IMG/VR virus record: IMGVR_UViG_3300022774_000002
Origin: a virus
DNA length: 64,000 bases
Strand: one strand, 5' to 3'
Under the pieces are notes generated by a model that did no database searches, was not told the DNA's origin, and worked only from the letters and a program-made list of their open reading frames with translations. Below, piece by piece: positions 9,101 to 15,650 of this stretch; position 1 is the stretch's first letter; the number at the start of each line of letters is the position of its first letter. The translations under genes were made by a program, and so were the position numbers.

Positions 9101-11087
9101 CCGTAAAGATCGTGTCAATAAACTCCTGGAAGAACTAAACTATGCTGACGCAACAAATGATGTTTCGGACATCGATGACATGGTTGGGATACAACATGAA
9201 GGTGAAAAATACATCTTTAGACATACAGGTGAAGATTTTACCGCGGTAGAAGCTGTTATACAACGTGCCAAGGAGTACTGGAACAACGAGGACGCAAGTG
9301 TCCGTCAATATATCAATGCTCATGATGATGGCACACTCGCACGTTTTGGACACTTGGAACATCAACGCAAAACTGATGACCGACACTATGTGAAAGACAT
9401 CGAGGTTCATATCAAGATGATCGAACAAGCTACACGAAGAATGTCCTTGATCGCCTACTTTGGACAAGATCATGGTATAATAGGTAAGTCTCCTCGATTC
9501 AAAGCCCGTATGATGCAGATGTCAAGGTATTCGCATACTCCAGAAGAAGCAGCTTTACTCGCTATGTATACCGCGATGGGTGCTGACAAAATTGGAATGT
9601 TTGAACACCTGTATGACTTAGGTTCTGGCACACCTAAACAGGACTTCGACATTTTAGGCAGATGGAAAGACAAAGAAACAGGTGATCTCAAAGACCTGGA
9701 TATTGATCGATTAGAGTTATCCGACAACCAGTTGGAAACACTTCGTAAGATTGGACTCTTGGAAAAAGATGGAAATGAAAATTGGCGAGTTGTGGGTAGT
9801 AGCGTGAAAGCGCGCCACCAAACTATGCAACGACACTTCGCTGATTACTCATCTACGATCGCTGGTAGGCTGAAACACTTTATGAACACTCTGAATTCCA
9901 CTGCTGACGGACCGATACGTTCACTTACTGATAACAAAACTAACAAGCTTGTGTCAAAAGTGAACTCGGCAACGACTATGTTGACACTCGGACCGCGGAC
10001 AGCACTCCAAAACTTATCTGAACTGCCAAACATTATAGCTGCCGCAGGAATGAGTAACTTTATCAAGGGATTGAAGTTTATCAGTAATCCAGATAGCAGA
10101 CACCTTGTGAAAATGCTATCATCTGCTTTAGATCACGGGCATAGGTATATGGCAGAGACAAAAGGTGAACAATGGTATTTACAAAGTCCGCTGTCATTCT
10201 TTACGCAATCTGAGTTATTATCCCGTGAGTCTGGTGTTGCTATCGGATGGGTAAATGCGAAAGATAGGATACAAGCTTACCTTAATAATCCCTCACAAGC
10301 GAATCGACACGCCCTCGATGATGTGAAGATAAATAAGAATGTGATTGACGCATTCAAAACTGAAGCATCAGAAGCCGTTGACCTTGAAGATCTATTCACT
10401 GAAGCCGAACAACGTGTCCTTCATGGAAGTATGCCTGTCGGTGGGTTTCAGAAAGTTGGTGCATCATCTGCCTCAAACAAGTGGGTAGATATAATCGGGC
10501 AAGAACTACAACGTTCAGCTGTATATATGTCTCAGGATTTCCTCAAACGCTACGATGCTTTTTCAATGCCACCCTGGTTAGCAGAAAGACACCCGTTTGT
10601 AAATCTATTCTTCAAATACAGATCGTGGGGCTTTCAAAACCATGAGTTGCTCGCACGTAGGTGGAGACAAGCATGGCGACAAGGAAAAGAAGGTAACTGG
10701 ACTCCATTCCTAAATATGTCATTAGCAGCTGGCGTGCTAACACCGCTTGGAATTGGGGCATTAGGTTATGCTTTCACTGTATTTCAAGCTTTAGATGACG
10801 ATGATCCGTTTGCTCTTGAGATACTAAAAACCTTTACCGCAGCACAATCGTTTGGTATGGCTTCCATTCTTATTGAAGCTGTGGCACACGCAGGTGATAA
10901 TCCATTTCGATTGGAACACTCACTACGAGGACAATATAGCGGTCCCGCATTGAGTATTGCCACACGAATACTCGCACCTGTATTCACCGGTGATTTCAAA
11001 GAGGTCTTTGAACAACTCAGCCGAAGGTTGCCGATTTCACGAGAGGCACACTATCTGGGACTGAATAAGATTTTTGATGAGGAGTAA
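1..11087 (+). CDS. giant multidomain (polyvalent-type) protein, 5'-partial: N6-adenine DNA methyltransferase + Sbno/SNF2-like helicase + RadC/JAB-like domain + about 1480 aa unassigned C-terminal region
   Basis: Track ORF 18..11087 (3689 aa) begins at an in-frame GTG, but the same frame is open from nt 3 to the window edge, so the gene is truncated at its 5' end. Motifs read directly: EPSAGTG (645-665), NPPF (831-842), DDTGVGKT (1995-2018), DESH (2598-2609), QGMGRHKRSNE (3858-3890), HNHPS (6495-6509). Confidence 0.9.
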   Translation, partial: EFQVEVLDALKDPSTVEKQELRNEYLDLTISDEIEALEAMENLDEFQVEVLDALKAVQQDEPDSSALPAPEDDTFTTQLQNVLSNQGFQNSPPERKLQEAIRLQLESGESLSAPQLFYGASTFFGQGQYNSQQVYDVLEVAVNQYLEAQGLMNVNVDSTTAVDNIDKIQAIEARLPRMSDRTAARDENQQYSTPFHYSYLVNWVANLQPDDVVVEPSAGTGNLAWAAKVIGAEVHVNDIGQFRHHLLQQNFQNVTNVDASNIAQQLPNVNATLVVMNPPFSSTRGQRKNLTLGMNMVESALETLQPGGRLVAIVNGGRDLTPEMRAGEAPGGGPHFNADNYRKIWNRIASKHAVRANLHVSGEVYKEFGTTFNTRLLVIDKYPVVINEPIRNQTDGSLKSEYDTMHKQRVDTIKEAVELLEGVRYERSGEQSSSESTRQTTTETTPGGQSVLPTQPGQSTTPQSDPSGVVPGGDSAVQPGDGTTPPQTNVDRPGTEGTGTTGHGDRSRVEMDDDQTGDTERDGTGTGLQPDSRTDGSEETDAGGVDDGGRSADTNIRTSTQRENTTQLDESESTKQVDAGKSWMPAADSHVIMGKEVSLVETVSLGLIDSPDVANVDVNIAEPAKSRYSNAQMKAIKLNIRAHDAHIEPEILGDAPTRRGMYNGDDTGVGKTWIAAGTIIHYQNQGITKHIVVGADKKWLKDFNEVFTLAGGNADTLFELGSQKNLPASGVMLTTYGTLRGKGQETKRLSQVLEWATGQKPPQSLLSPQTDFELAHFGELPRTFALAVTEYNAGNPMPTRVTDLINEWNGLSQGTGQSIDEIPDSYINSYQDILKEQETLMALEGEVGPAEWMKNAAGYDGTITFDESHNMKNSEGENATNTGIRGRQLQRLLPDGRVTYYSATGTTVIDNIAYMERLGIWGRDKPFANSEDFITDMKNGGLSAQEVMVRDLKAQGLFISRGLDMSDVMVDDLVHELTPVQRQTYNELAHAWQEIRLYLHQYLGSLEVLAEESDGGKGDVGKKKGDIWGEYYSKQLDFFQAVLNAFKMQTVLEDMKKQLDQGKKVSIQFTNTYEESQKRQVDRAEREGIDISEIEFGAREFLEDYLDPETGVFPTYDYEVIYDPVLDKDTLRPVTNSTNQIIEIKYTDARGQQKVERVPPGKPIPNVNNIQNRERILGLVYNSHMPEPPLDQFVQMFKDRGQEIAEITGRESRYYRNEEGERQKEKLSGGDAALRKLVENFNDNELFGLAFSKKGATGANYPATDPNHTIVQYIIQAGWEADTLKQGMGRHKRSNEVAPPEIKNTYTDVIGEKRFASTAAARMAEMGATTRSLAAGGTGLDIFDFDVKYLQTEYGANALYDFFSELNEGYTFTVPGETNPDGTPMVIGMYSSEEAGITGIDVVTGLSIELEQNMVKKDKMPPVKRFLNRVLGSPSIEIQDTLYAEYYRRLQTRLSQAKAENTLDVGVGTLPIKNAEIVNNTVLATDQESGANTYGTIVQADEEVPKINFDELKTMMTADSHSNYWFVEDTEGNVYLDKEVPARVDASTGESKPWVRRTQPDGTNRYGEAENAYGEGWTLQEIRVSVREDGSESWSLGNTENGRNNQLGSTIYDEMIHARSSEEVDAAFKDKWDAKYDETSATKTIYLRMVQGLMLPVWDKINPPIEYPEGTEQYNRELRKRRLVRINLEDGTDIIGRQFASVGEYNQIFENFGVAAPDQSVTVATVPMNQTGVMNMINQDGYTVELTDGLSIRTRQRAGQTYLVVEGDRSRLESLMNDNILDRFRPGGGGWVYSVPNDNITTLFSRHKPVRANKRGDILNINYETPGGTPNVPDENQTGNEQESIPTDPEEANKQQKDKVRERLDAAEVAIRNSISQGWDWINTERMERFSIIDERLSTLSSELIDEWIEASDELTGVKVSRERSERILADNIGSWMAEEKSKQDRILGQEHDQQLTENEHLQALGIDPNNWQIWTAEEREAEVNRIYEALLQREINEEDFNISQAQVQAVNALISGELGDVVNIADTADTQPTEEGWRHAFPKGKAERNKVRAEYTAQVQQIITNETDSKVKVRLRNVNKQLQSGDYFGLHGRTIQSGAEAALIAQFIRNPLIESTLILLRKDNKIVRAEWLSLGQTENTSPGVKAEVERMLADENADDFIRVHNHPSKVAKFSNKDMNTANNWRNHFGTRLAEEIVIDEGTYARSHFDQEGEARFENELQLDLENGTIVQPEFFGAFMKTPKGWTTLMMLDDAGKVVSAMDIQGLYDKGVLQNKLEKILEMTPRATRMHVIAGKGNDGAERILHNNLSNNPVVESMWVEGRPVRLQSPSNRHRVSRESRVAPTDDTIERNIGGTNQRFVKIDPNDLRDVKEKRKPVIIAGITHDLVRDTNREDVSKRTRGDAEHMVSAVRRAKVDLLDQEKLQAARNTVIQVVGQETKFKDVFEKMVGFQQQLQGLESYYNALDQLGWDKIKADTVGDLKAIVDESPTLQTPEVLALFEGHDPQSDAYNINLSDIHKIKNTVFEKKRALRDQNINLRDQIRHDHHSVQFAERTMVDSVQEMLSDHKISIERVEDLYKYLDEAPAAKVKAALDDLWGHISTEQAVYNLVLQDGHLKALSPTGDKNINEGMLAYTSYSAYYRRNEHFYNYGFILDMEKILNEIPNVTGTVHVRNVWRERADLNNPDEIREAMEAWHDPGDEDIVIEVRMPQNVSINDYLIGVIEDGEVYVKSEYNTDNEGELSDYAAERDVDSASVIVNPRQDTEMSFEGQDSLKNKGAKEAVQFFSQIDEELGKRVGNWIPAMRKGWNDTMAVFESGRRGLEKLRSKPGAKATPFEAASNDLDLAMIDAVTRISGIRNITNPVLKERKALITQLSKAEGISRSQLTSDINEAISDYREHNKPIENNANLRAYEDDDLMAQVKEYADKEKEAWKQIIRQSDEDIITLVKAADKNNEKLTYPNGEPITPLPIDGFHYDLERDGWVQMSKWNAKQGRMRPATETDMQRTWTTAEVFAQAERFYVPHHYTKEHLLTRKDRVNKLLEELNYADATNDVSDIDDMVGIQHEGEKYIFRHTGEDFTAVEAVIQRAKEYWNNEDASVRQYINAHDDGTLARFGHLEHQRKTDDRHYVKDIEVHIKMIEQATRRMSLIAYFGQDHGIIGKSPRFKARMMQMSRYSHTPEEAALLAMYTAMGADKIGMFEHLYDLGSGTPKQDFDILGRWKDKETGDLKDLDIDRLELSDNQLETLRKIGLLEKDGNENWRVVGSSVKARHQTMQRHFADYSSTIAGRLKHFMNTLNSTADGPIRSLTDNKTNKLVSKVNSATTMLTLGPRTALQNLSELPNIIAAAGMSNFIKGLKFISNPDSRHLVKMLSSALDHGHRYMAETKGEQWYLQSPLSFFTQSELLSRESGVAIGWVNAKDRIQAYLNNPSQANRHALDDVKINKNVIDAFKTEASEAVDLEDLFTEAEQRVLHGSMPVGGFQKVGASSASNKWVDIIGQELQRSAVYMSQDFLKRYDAFSMPPWLAERHPFVNLFFKYRSWGFQNHELLARRWRQAWRQGKEGNWTPFLNMSLAAGVLTPLGIGALGYAFTVFQALDDDDPFALEILKTFTAAQSFGMASILIEAVAHAGDNPFRLEHSLRGQYSGPALSIATRILAPVFTGDFKEVFEQLSRRLPISREAHYLGLNKIFDEE
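540..1150 (+). other. domain: SAM-dependent N6-adenine DNA methyltransferase module of the giant protein
   Basis: Motif I-like VVEPSAGTGNL and motif IV VVMNPPFS in the order typical of gamma-class amino-methyltransferases. A QYSTP segment lies just upstream. Boundaries are approximate. Confidence 0.8.
1287..1730 (+). other. low-complexity T/G/D/S/P/E-rich linker (predicted disordered) between the methyltransferase and helicase modules
   Basis: The translation is dominated by runs such as SSSESTRQTTTETTPGGQS, GTEGTGTTGHGD and DGTGTGLQPDSRTDGSEETDAGGVDDGG, with no hydrophobic core pattern. Confidence 0.7.
1950..4010 (+). other. domain: Sbno (strawberry-notch)/SNF2-like DExH helicase module
   Basis: Walker A DDTGVGKTW and DESHNMKN. 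The C-terminal lobe has LAFSKKGATGANY and QAGWEADTLKQGMGRHKRSNEVAPPE, resembling the GRTHRSNQ signature of Helicase_C_4-type proteins, followed by KRFASTAAARMAEMGATTRS. Boundaries are approximate. Confidence 0.75.
6250..6640 (+). other. domain: RadC/JAB-like module
   Basis: RVHNHPSKVAKFSNKDMNTANNW matches the HNHPSG...S..D signature of RadC-type JAB domains. The preceding about 70 aa have the expected alpha/beta pattern. Confidence 0.65.
10698..10895 (+). other. C-terminal hydrophobic (TM-like) segments of the giant protein
   Basis: WTPFLNMSLAAGVLTPLGIGALGYAFTVFQAL and FTAAQSFGMASILIEAVAHAG are the only long uncharged hydrophobic stretches I saw in the 3689 aa. Confidence 0.5.
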
Positions 11088-11118
11088 GACTAAGGTAAAT
11101 ACAATATGAGATAATGAT

Positions 11119-11970
11119 ATGTTTATTGATAGATTTCTACGGTTTCTCGCAAACACACCTTCAATTGAATCATTGATTGCATTAGAACAGAATAATCCAG
11201 ATCGCTTTGAGAAAATCCGAAAAGCTCACAACGAGGTGCTACTCAAGTCAATCAATAAACAGTTGAAGAAGTCGCTGATCTTGTATTTTCACCCATACAC
11301 GACACAATGTATCGTTATGGTAGACTGGACAGGAGAACGTCCTTTACAGATAGGTCAACAAGAATTTACTATGTCCAGGATGCCGATTGATATAGAAACA
11401 GGTAGGATGTTAAAGGCAGGAAAAATTATATTTCATAGTCCTGTATTCCTACATAACTACTTTACAGAACTTTTCGCGCTGGTCAATAGGGAAGATGGTT
11501 ACGGAGTGCGTATTCACGGTAGACCATACCAACACCCAAGCGGACGGATTATTTCTGGACCTTCATCATTTGTTCAACTTCATCCTATGTTTTATTTCGA
11601 ACCACCCCGTATTGGAGAAGGTTTAGCAGCTATGCATCAATACGTAGAATTATCTATGCAAAACCTACTAATAGATACAGGAATGACGCAGGAATACAGT
11701 AATTTAGTTAGGAATCGTGTTGCATGTATGGAAGATATTATGCGGGGGATCGTAGAACGACAAGAACAGGTAGAAGGGAATGGTTATCCGTTGCCACCAG
11801 ACTATCGAGAATCTATTTCAGTGAGAGAAAGAATCCCGGAACAGATTAAGGAGGAAGAACCCCGTGAAGAAGTTGAAGATTTACTTGAAAAGATTGACAC
11901 ACTCCTTGAAGGTGAAGATCCTGAGAACGATGAGGAAAATTATATTCCACGAGTCGCCCAAAGTCTATAG
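11119..11970 (+). CDS. hypothetical protein with strongly acidic C-terminal tail
   Basis: 283-aa ORF starting 32 nt after the giant gene. C-terminus is EEEPREEVEDLLEKIDTLLEGEDPENDEE. A hairpin overlaps the stop codon. Confidence 0.6.
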   Translation: MFIDRFLRFLANTPSIESLIALEQNNPDRFEKIRKAHNEVLLKSINKQLKKSLILYFHPYTTQCIVMVDWTGERPLQIGQQEFTMSRMPIDIETGRMLKAGKIIFHSPVFLHNYFTELFALVNREDGYGVRIHGRPYQHPSGRIISGPSSFVQLHPMFYFEPPRIGEGLAAMHQYVELSMQNLLIDTGMTQEYSNLVRNRVACMEDIMRGIVERQEQVEGNGYPLPPDYRESISVRERIPEQIKEEEPREEVEDLLEKIDTLLEGEDPENDEENYIPRVAQSL

Positions 11971-11991
11971 TAGTGATTTTATTCACTACTA
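11968..11991 (+). terminator. hairpin at the 3' end of 11119..11970 (weak terminator candidate)
   Basis: TAGTAGTGA-ttttat-TCACTACTA forms a 9-bp perfect stem followed by TTAT only, so the U-tract is poor. Confidence 0.3.
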
Positions 11992-12222
11992 TTATGGCAT
12001 GAACGGAGAAATCTGCGATGCGAGAAAGGATAGCTTTGAATAAATAGGATTTCGTCGCTACAACAATGGAGAAACACATGTTACGAATTTACAATGGCAT
12101 GCATGCTACAACCAGACGCAAAAGCAAAGGACGCAAGAGAAAACACCGTAGGTTGTTTCGTGCAAAATACAAGGATGGATGGGAACGTAAAAAAGCTGGA
12201 GGATTAGCTCCATCAACTTTCT

Positions 12223-12603
12223 ATGAAAAAAAATATGGATACACCAGAATTTGTCAAAATACCATTTCCAGATAATGAATTAGAAGCTCTTGATGAAACA
12301 GGTGCAAAAGCACATATTCGTAAGATTGAAGCTGAGATGAAACTCTGTCAAAGCAATTACAATAAAGAGCTTACTAAAAACATTCAATACTCTAAACAAG
12401 TAAAAACACTGAATGATAACCTTGTCGTTGCTCAAACACAAGTGAAAGCCGTCAATCGACAACTAACAGAATTCAAGGAACTCGCGGAAGATAGACGTGC
12501 AGGTATACAATGGTATCAAAAGAGATATGGTAATCAGGGGCGGAATATAAAACCGAAAATGAATCTATTTCAGCGTCTGGTTGCGAAACTCATACGCATT
12601 TGA
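12223..12603 (+). CDS. hypothetical coiled-coil protein
   Basis: 126-aa ORF with a heptad-like charged/hydrophobic pattern (IRKIEAEMKLCQSNYNKELTKNIQ...). No family recognised. Confidence 0.5.
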   Translation: MKKNMDTPEFVKIPFPDNELEALDETGAKAHIRKIEAEMKLCQSNYNKELTKNIQYSKQVKTLNDNLVVAQTQVKAVNRQLTEFKELAEDRRAGIQWYQKRYGNQGRNIKPKMNLFQRLVAKLIRI

Positions 12604-12679
12604 TATAATAATCGAAGGCGAGCTTGCTTGTAGGGTGCGTGCTTGAAACTGCCCTATTGCGAGCACGCCCCCCAAGTTG

Positions 12680-12880
12680 ATGAACTTAGAAACCATGACT
12701 CTCATATCAAAAGCTGCACGGGCTTCTGAAAATATCTCGTGGGACTCATACTATCGGAAGTATGCTGAGAACTATAAATCTCCTTATACCGATGAGGAGA
12801 TTGAGGCAGCCAAAAAGCTTATCCAGCATGTGAATGAGAGATGTGGAACGGATTTTACTTGGGAAGATCCTTCCGACTGA
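12680..12880 (+). CDS. small hypothetical protein
   Basis: 66 aa from the ATG at 12680 (the track uses TTG at 12677). No clear SD. The 3' end overlaps the convergent gene 12855..13256 by 26 nt. Confidence 0.35.
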   Translation: MNLETMTLISKAARASENISWDSYYRKYAENYKSPYTDEEIEAAKKLIQHVNERCGTDFTWEDPSD

Positions 12881-13256
12881 TTTTTATACCCTTACAGTAT
12901 TTCCTTACAGTGCTATAAGAATAACTTGTATCCATTGTTATTTGGATGAGTGTATCTCCATTTCTACGCCTTTCACGGATGTCATCAATGTCATCCTTTG
13001 TCAATCCTGTTGTGCGCGCCCTTTTATTATGCCTACGCCATGCTTCACGAGCAAACAAAAACCTTTTATGGGTTTCTATTTCAGGATATTTTTCAATAAC
13101 CAGTATAGGTAATTTTATTGATACAGTATGCACTGAAACATCTGCATCCGCAGCAATATCGTGAAGACTCCATGTTTTCCACGCATCTTCGGGGGTTTCA
13201 GGATTATTGAACCACTCTGTGATCCGTTGTGTTGCCGTAAGCCTATCTTCATTCAT
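12855..13256 (-). CDS. putative DNA-binding protein with two helix-turn-helix-like segments
   Basis: Start moved to the ATG at 13256, preceded by GGAGGTGA and a 5-nt spacer. HTH-like stretches are SLHDIAADADVSVHTVSIKL and TLIQITMDTSYSYSTVRKYC. Confidence 0.6.
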   Translation of the reverse strand: MNEDRLTATQRITEWFNNPETPEDAWKTWSLHDIAADADVSVHTVSIKLPILVIEKYPEIETHKRFLFAREAWRRHNKRARTTGLTKDDIDDIRERRRNGDTLIQITMDTSYSYSTVRKYCKGIKISRKDLPK

Positions 13257-13785
13257 CCGTATCACCTCCGCGCATGCGTTTGTAGCATATTTCAAGGTTT
13301 TCTGAAATAGCATCAAAATTTTCTATACCGAATGTAGTAACTATTTCTTGATGGAACTTGTCGACTTCCTCGTCAGAGAGTTTTTCTAAAGCTCTGCTGT
13401 CGTCACTATGTATAAACATGATGATATTATCATTAAGCGTTTTGCTGAGTATTGTTCGGCTCACTTTTTCTGCCATCTCATCGCTTTCATAAGGATGTGG
13501 TTTGAAGATTACAATCAACATAATAGTGGGTGGTGTGTATGCATAGTCAATTGAGATCACATCAGATATAAGGCGTAAAGTATACTGAAAATCCGAATCA
13601 TTTTTTTCAGGTTCAATAAAAAATGATGGGAAACAGATTGATCCAGGGTCAATCTGTTTTTTATCTGGAACTTCACTTGACTTTAACCCAACCGTTCTAA
13701 TGGCTCTTTTCCCGGCTTTTTTAAATCGTTTCTCGTATTCCCTATCTATTTTACGTCTCTGTTGACGGGTCATTATCTGTTTCAT
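13249..13785 (-). CDS. hypothetical protein with basic N-terminus (K/R-leader series member)
   Basis: Start moved to the ATG at 13785 (SD AAGGTGA, 5-nt spacer). N-terminus is MKQIMTRQQRRKIDREYEKRFKKAGKRA. Confidence 0.6.
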   Translation of the reverse strand: MKQIMTRQQRRKIDREYEKRFKKAGKRAIRTVGLKSSEVPDKKQIDPGSICFPSFFIEPEKNDSDFQYTLRLISDVISIDYAYTPPTIMLIVIFKPHPYESDEMAEKVSRTILSKTLNDNIIMFIHSDDSRALEKLSDEEVDKFHQEIVTTFGIENFDAISENLEICYKRMRGGDTDE

Positions 13786-14293
13786 CTGTATCACCTTCAG
13801 CTTCGATGCCTGCCATCGTATCAATTGCCATGTGTCTAAAATGCAAGAAAAACCGCAGCGTGACATCTCGTAGTGTTTCGTTTACATCTTTAAGAATATC
13901 TTTCGTTACCGCTCTTATTTCATCATCGGTAGCATGATACAACCAGAAATCTGGTGTCTCACGGAATGTGTTGGGCTCAATCTGATGCCCTTCAGCTGTC
14001 AATCGACCATAGACAGTTGTATTCAGTGCTGTCCATAAGACACCAATATCTCTCTGCATATTCTCAAGATATTCAGGGATATTGTATTGCCTCTTTTTCA
14101 ATCTGCTGATTATTGCGTTGGGACCGGTTTCAACCAATTCAACTGGCACAGTTTTATCAATTGCGAATACGAGCTTATGTTCTGGAAATATCGCAGATAA
14201 GACATAAGAATGGGTAGCGATAAATCCTTCATCTAATATGATTATTTCTTCAACTGGCTTGATGAAGTTTCTCTTTTTTCGCTTATTTTTCAT
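13751..14293 (-). CDS. hypothetical protein with MKNKRKKR N-terminus
   Basis: 180-aa ORF. Its ATG overlaps the upstream stop (ATGA), indicating translational coupling. Acidic C-terminal tail. Confidence 0.65.
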   Translation of the reverse strand: MKNKRKKRNFIKPVEEIIILDEGFIATHSYVLSAIFPEHKLVFAIDKTVPVELVETGPNAIISRLKKRQYNIPEYLENMQRDIGVLWTALNTTVYGRLTAEGHQIEPNTFRETPDFWLYHATDDEIRAVTKDILKDVNETLRDVTLRFFLHFRHMAIDTMAGIEAEGDTDETDNDPSTET

Positions 14294-14661
14294 ACTGATG
14301 TTTTATCTCCCATATCTTTGAGTACATCTGAGATTGTCCGTTCTTTGAAATCTTCCATAGTAACGTCTGGGTTGACAGGATCAGCATCTTGCCATACAGA
14401 TTTACGATAGGCTATAAGTTCCTCAATAATAAAACCGAGTGTATCCGGTGATTTGAATCGGATACCCAGTTCAAGACCATCCTCAAGAGGCAGAATTACA
14501 TGCACTTCTTCAGCGGGTTGTTCCGCATTATGATCAGGATGCCATTCTCGGATAGAGAGATATTCCAATGGAATATCAAGTATATTGACACCGCTAATAT
14601 CAGAAAAACGATTCACCTCAGCTCGTGGTTTGATTCTTTTCTTTTTCCGTTTATTTCGCAT
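14290..14661 (-). CDS. hypothetical protein with MRNKRKKKR N-terminus; paralog of 14751..15083
   Basis: AAAGGA SD lies 8 nt upstream of the ATG. Shares FIIEELIAYRKSVW...DPVNP with FIEELIAYRNIVF...EPVDP of the neighbouring gene. Confidence 0.7.
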   Translation of the reverse strand: MRNKRKKKRIKPRAEVNRFSDISGVNILDIPLEYLSIREWHPDHNAEQPAEEVHVILPLEDGLELGIRFKSPDTLGFIIEELIAYRKSVWQDADPVNPDVTMEDFKERTISDVLKDMGDKTSV

Positions 14662-14750
14662 TTTTATATCCTTTCTAAATAAAAATAATGCTCACGTTGC
14701 CGTTCAACGCATTTTTTAGACACTGCCCTATATAATCCAAACAGGGATAT

Positions 14751-15083
14751 TCATCGCAACGGATCACTTTTTGAAGCAGTTGCTTTTGGGTCAACAGGTT
14801 CACTCTCTGGAAAAACTATATTACGATACGCTATTAATTCTTCAATAAAGCTTTTCAGTGATTCTGATGTATCAAATTGAGCAACCAATGGAAAAGGTAA
14901 CTCCACGTCATTGAGATGAGTAACCGTAATTTCAACTCTATCAGGTTTTGTTTTAGTCGCTGGACGTGTTGCTGCAACAAGTATCCGACTCATCATTAAA
15001 ACTTGTTCTGGTGATTTTTCTGGTACAAAAACCCGTTCGTTAAGTTTGTATTGATTCTTCATTTTTCTCCTCTTTCGCTTCAT
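14751..15083 (-). CDS. hypothetical protein with MKRKRRKMKN N-terminus; paralog of 14290..14661
   Basis: 110-aa ORF. An alternative start at 15062 (MKNQYKL) has a perfect internal AGAGGAG SD, so the K/R leader may or may not be translated here. Confidence 0.65.
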   Translation of the reverse strand: MKRKRRKMKNQYKLNERVFVPEKSPEQVLMMSRILVAATRPATKTKPDRVEITVTHLNDVELPFPLVAQFDTSESLKSFIEELIAYRNIVFPESEPVDPKATASKSDPLR

Positions 15084-15441
15084 TTTTCTCTCCTTCGTTT
15101 CGCCAAATCATTACTTGATCGGTTTGTTCATATTTTTGGACTATCTCACTGATTTCATCTCGGCTTGCTGTCCGGGCATGGATGTGGATGTCTCGCTTAC
15201 CTTTCGGACGCTTTTTGATTTTCTTCACGATGGACATTAGAATGTTTTCCCCCTGAGAACGAGGAATGGTATTTTCATAAACAAGAATAGCGCGTTGGTA
15301 TCCAAGATCCTCGTCGGTCATCTTATCAACGACTAAGTCTATGAACTTTAGAATGTTGTCAGACGCTGTTACACAAAACGCAATTGCCTTTGCGTCTTTT
15401 GGCACATGTGAAAAAATGGTTTCTGTATCATGTGATTGCAT
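15040..15441 (-). CDS. hypothetical protein
   Basis: Start moved to the ATG at 15441 (GGAGA SD, 5-nt spacer). 133 aa with an internal KKIKKRPKGKR patch. Confidence 0.6.
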   Translation of the reverse strand: MQSHDTETIFSHVPKDAKAIAFCVTASDNILKFIDLVVDKMTDEDLGYQRAILVYENTIPRSQGENILMSIVKKIKKRPKGKRDIHIHARTASRDEISEIVQKYEQTDQVMIWRNEGEKNEAKEEKNEESIQT

Positions 15442-15650
15442 GAATATCTCCAATACTCATCTATAGGTTTAGATGTTACATCGCTGTGAATCAGTAAAGG
15501 CATCAACAGATGACTGAATAACCTTCCGTAGCCATAATATATCGTCTTCAGAACGGATACGGAGATCAGCGTGTTTCAGAGTGTGTAGTCGCGGATGTAT
15601 AACTATAACTTGGAACAATTGATTGTTGGGTTTACGGATACGATTTAGTT

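Noticed and set aside
590-10999. Many 60-143-aa ORFs on both strands inside the giant gene (e.g. 590..1012 -, 1276..1707 +, 1356..1703 -, 3917..4324 -).
   Set aside because: They are shadow ORFs nested in a continuous 11-kb frame that carries recognisable enzyme motifs. None has an SD or a recognisable domain.
12066-12275. A 69-aa very basic ORF (MEKHMLRIYNGMHATTRRKSKGRKRKHRR...).
   Set aside because: It has no convincing SD and overlaps 12223..12603 by 53 nt. Its composition could simply reflect A-rich DNA. It is not excluded, but I cannot support it.
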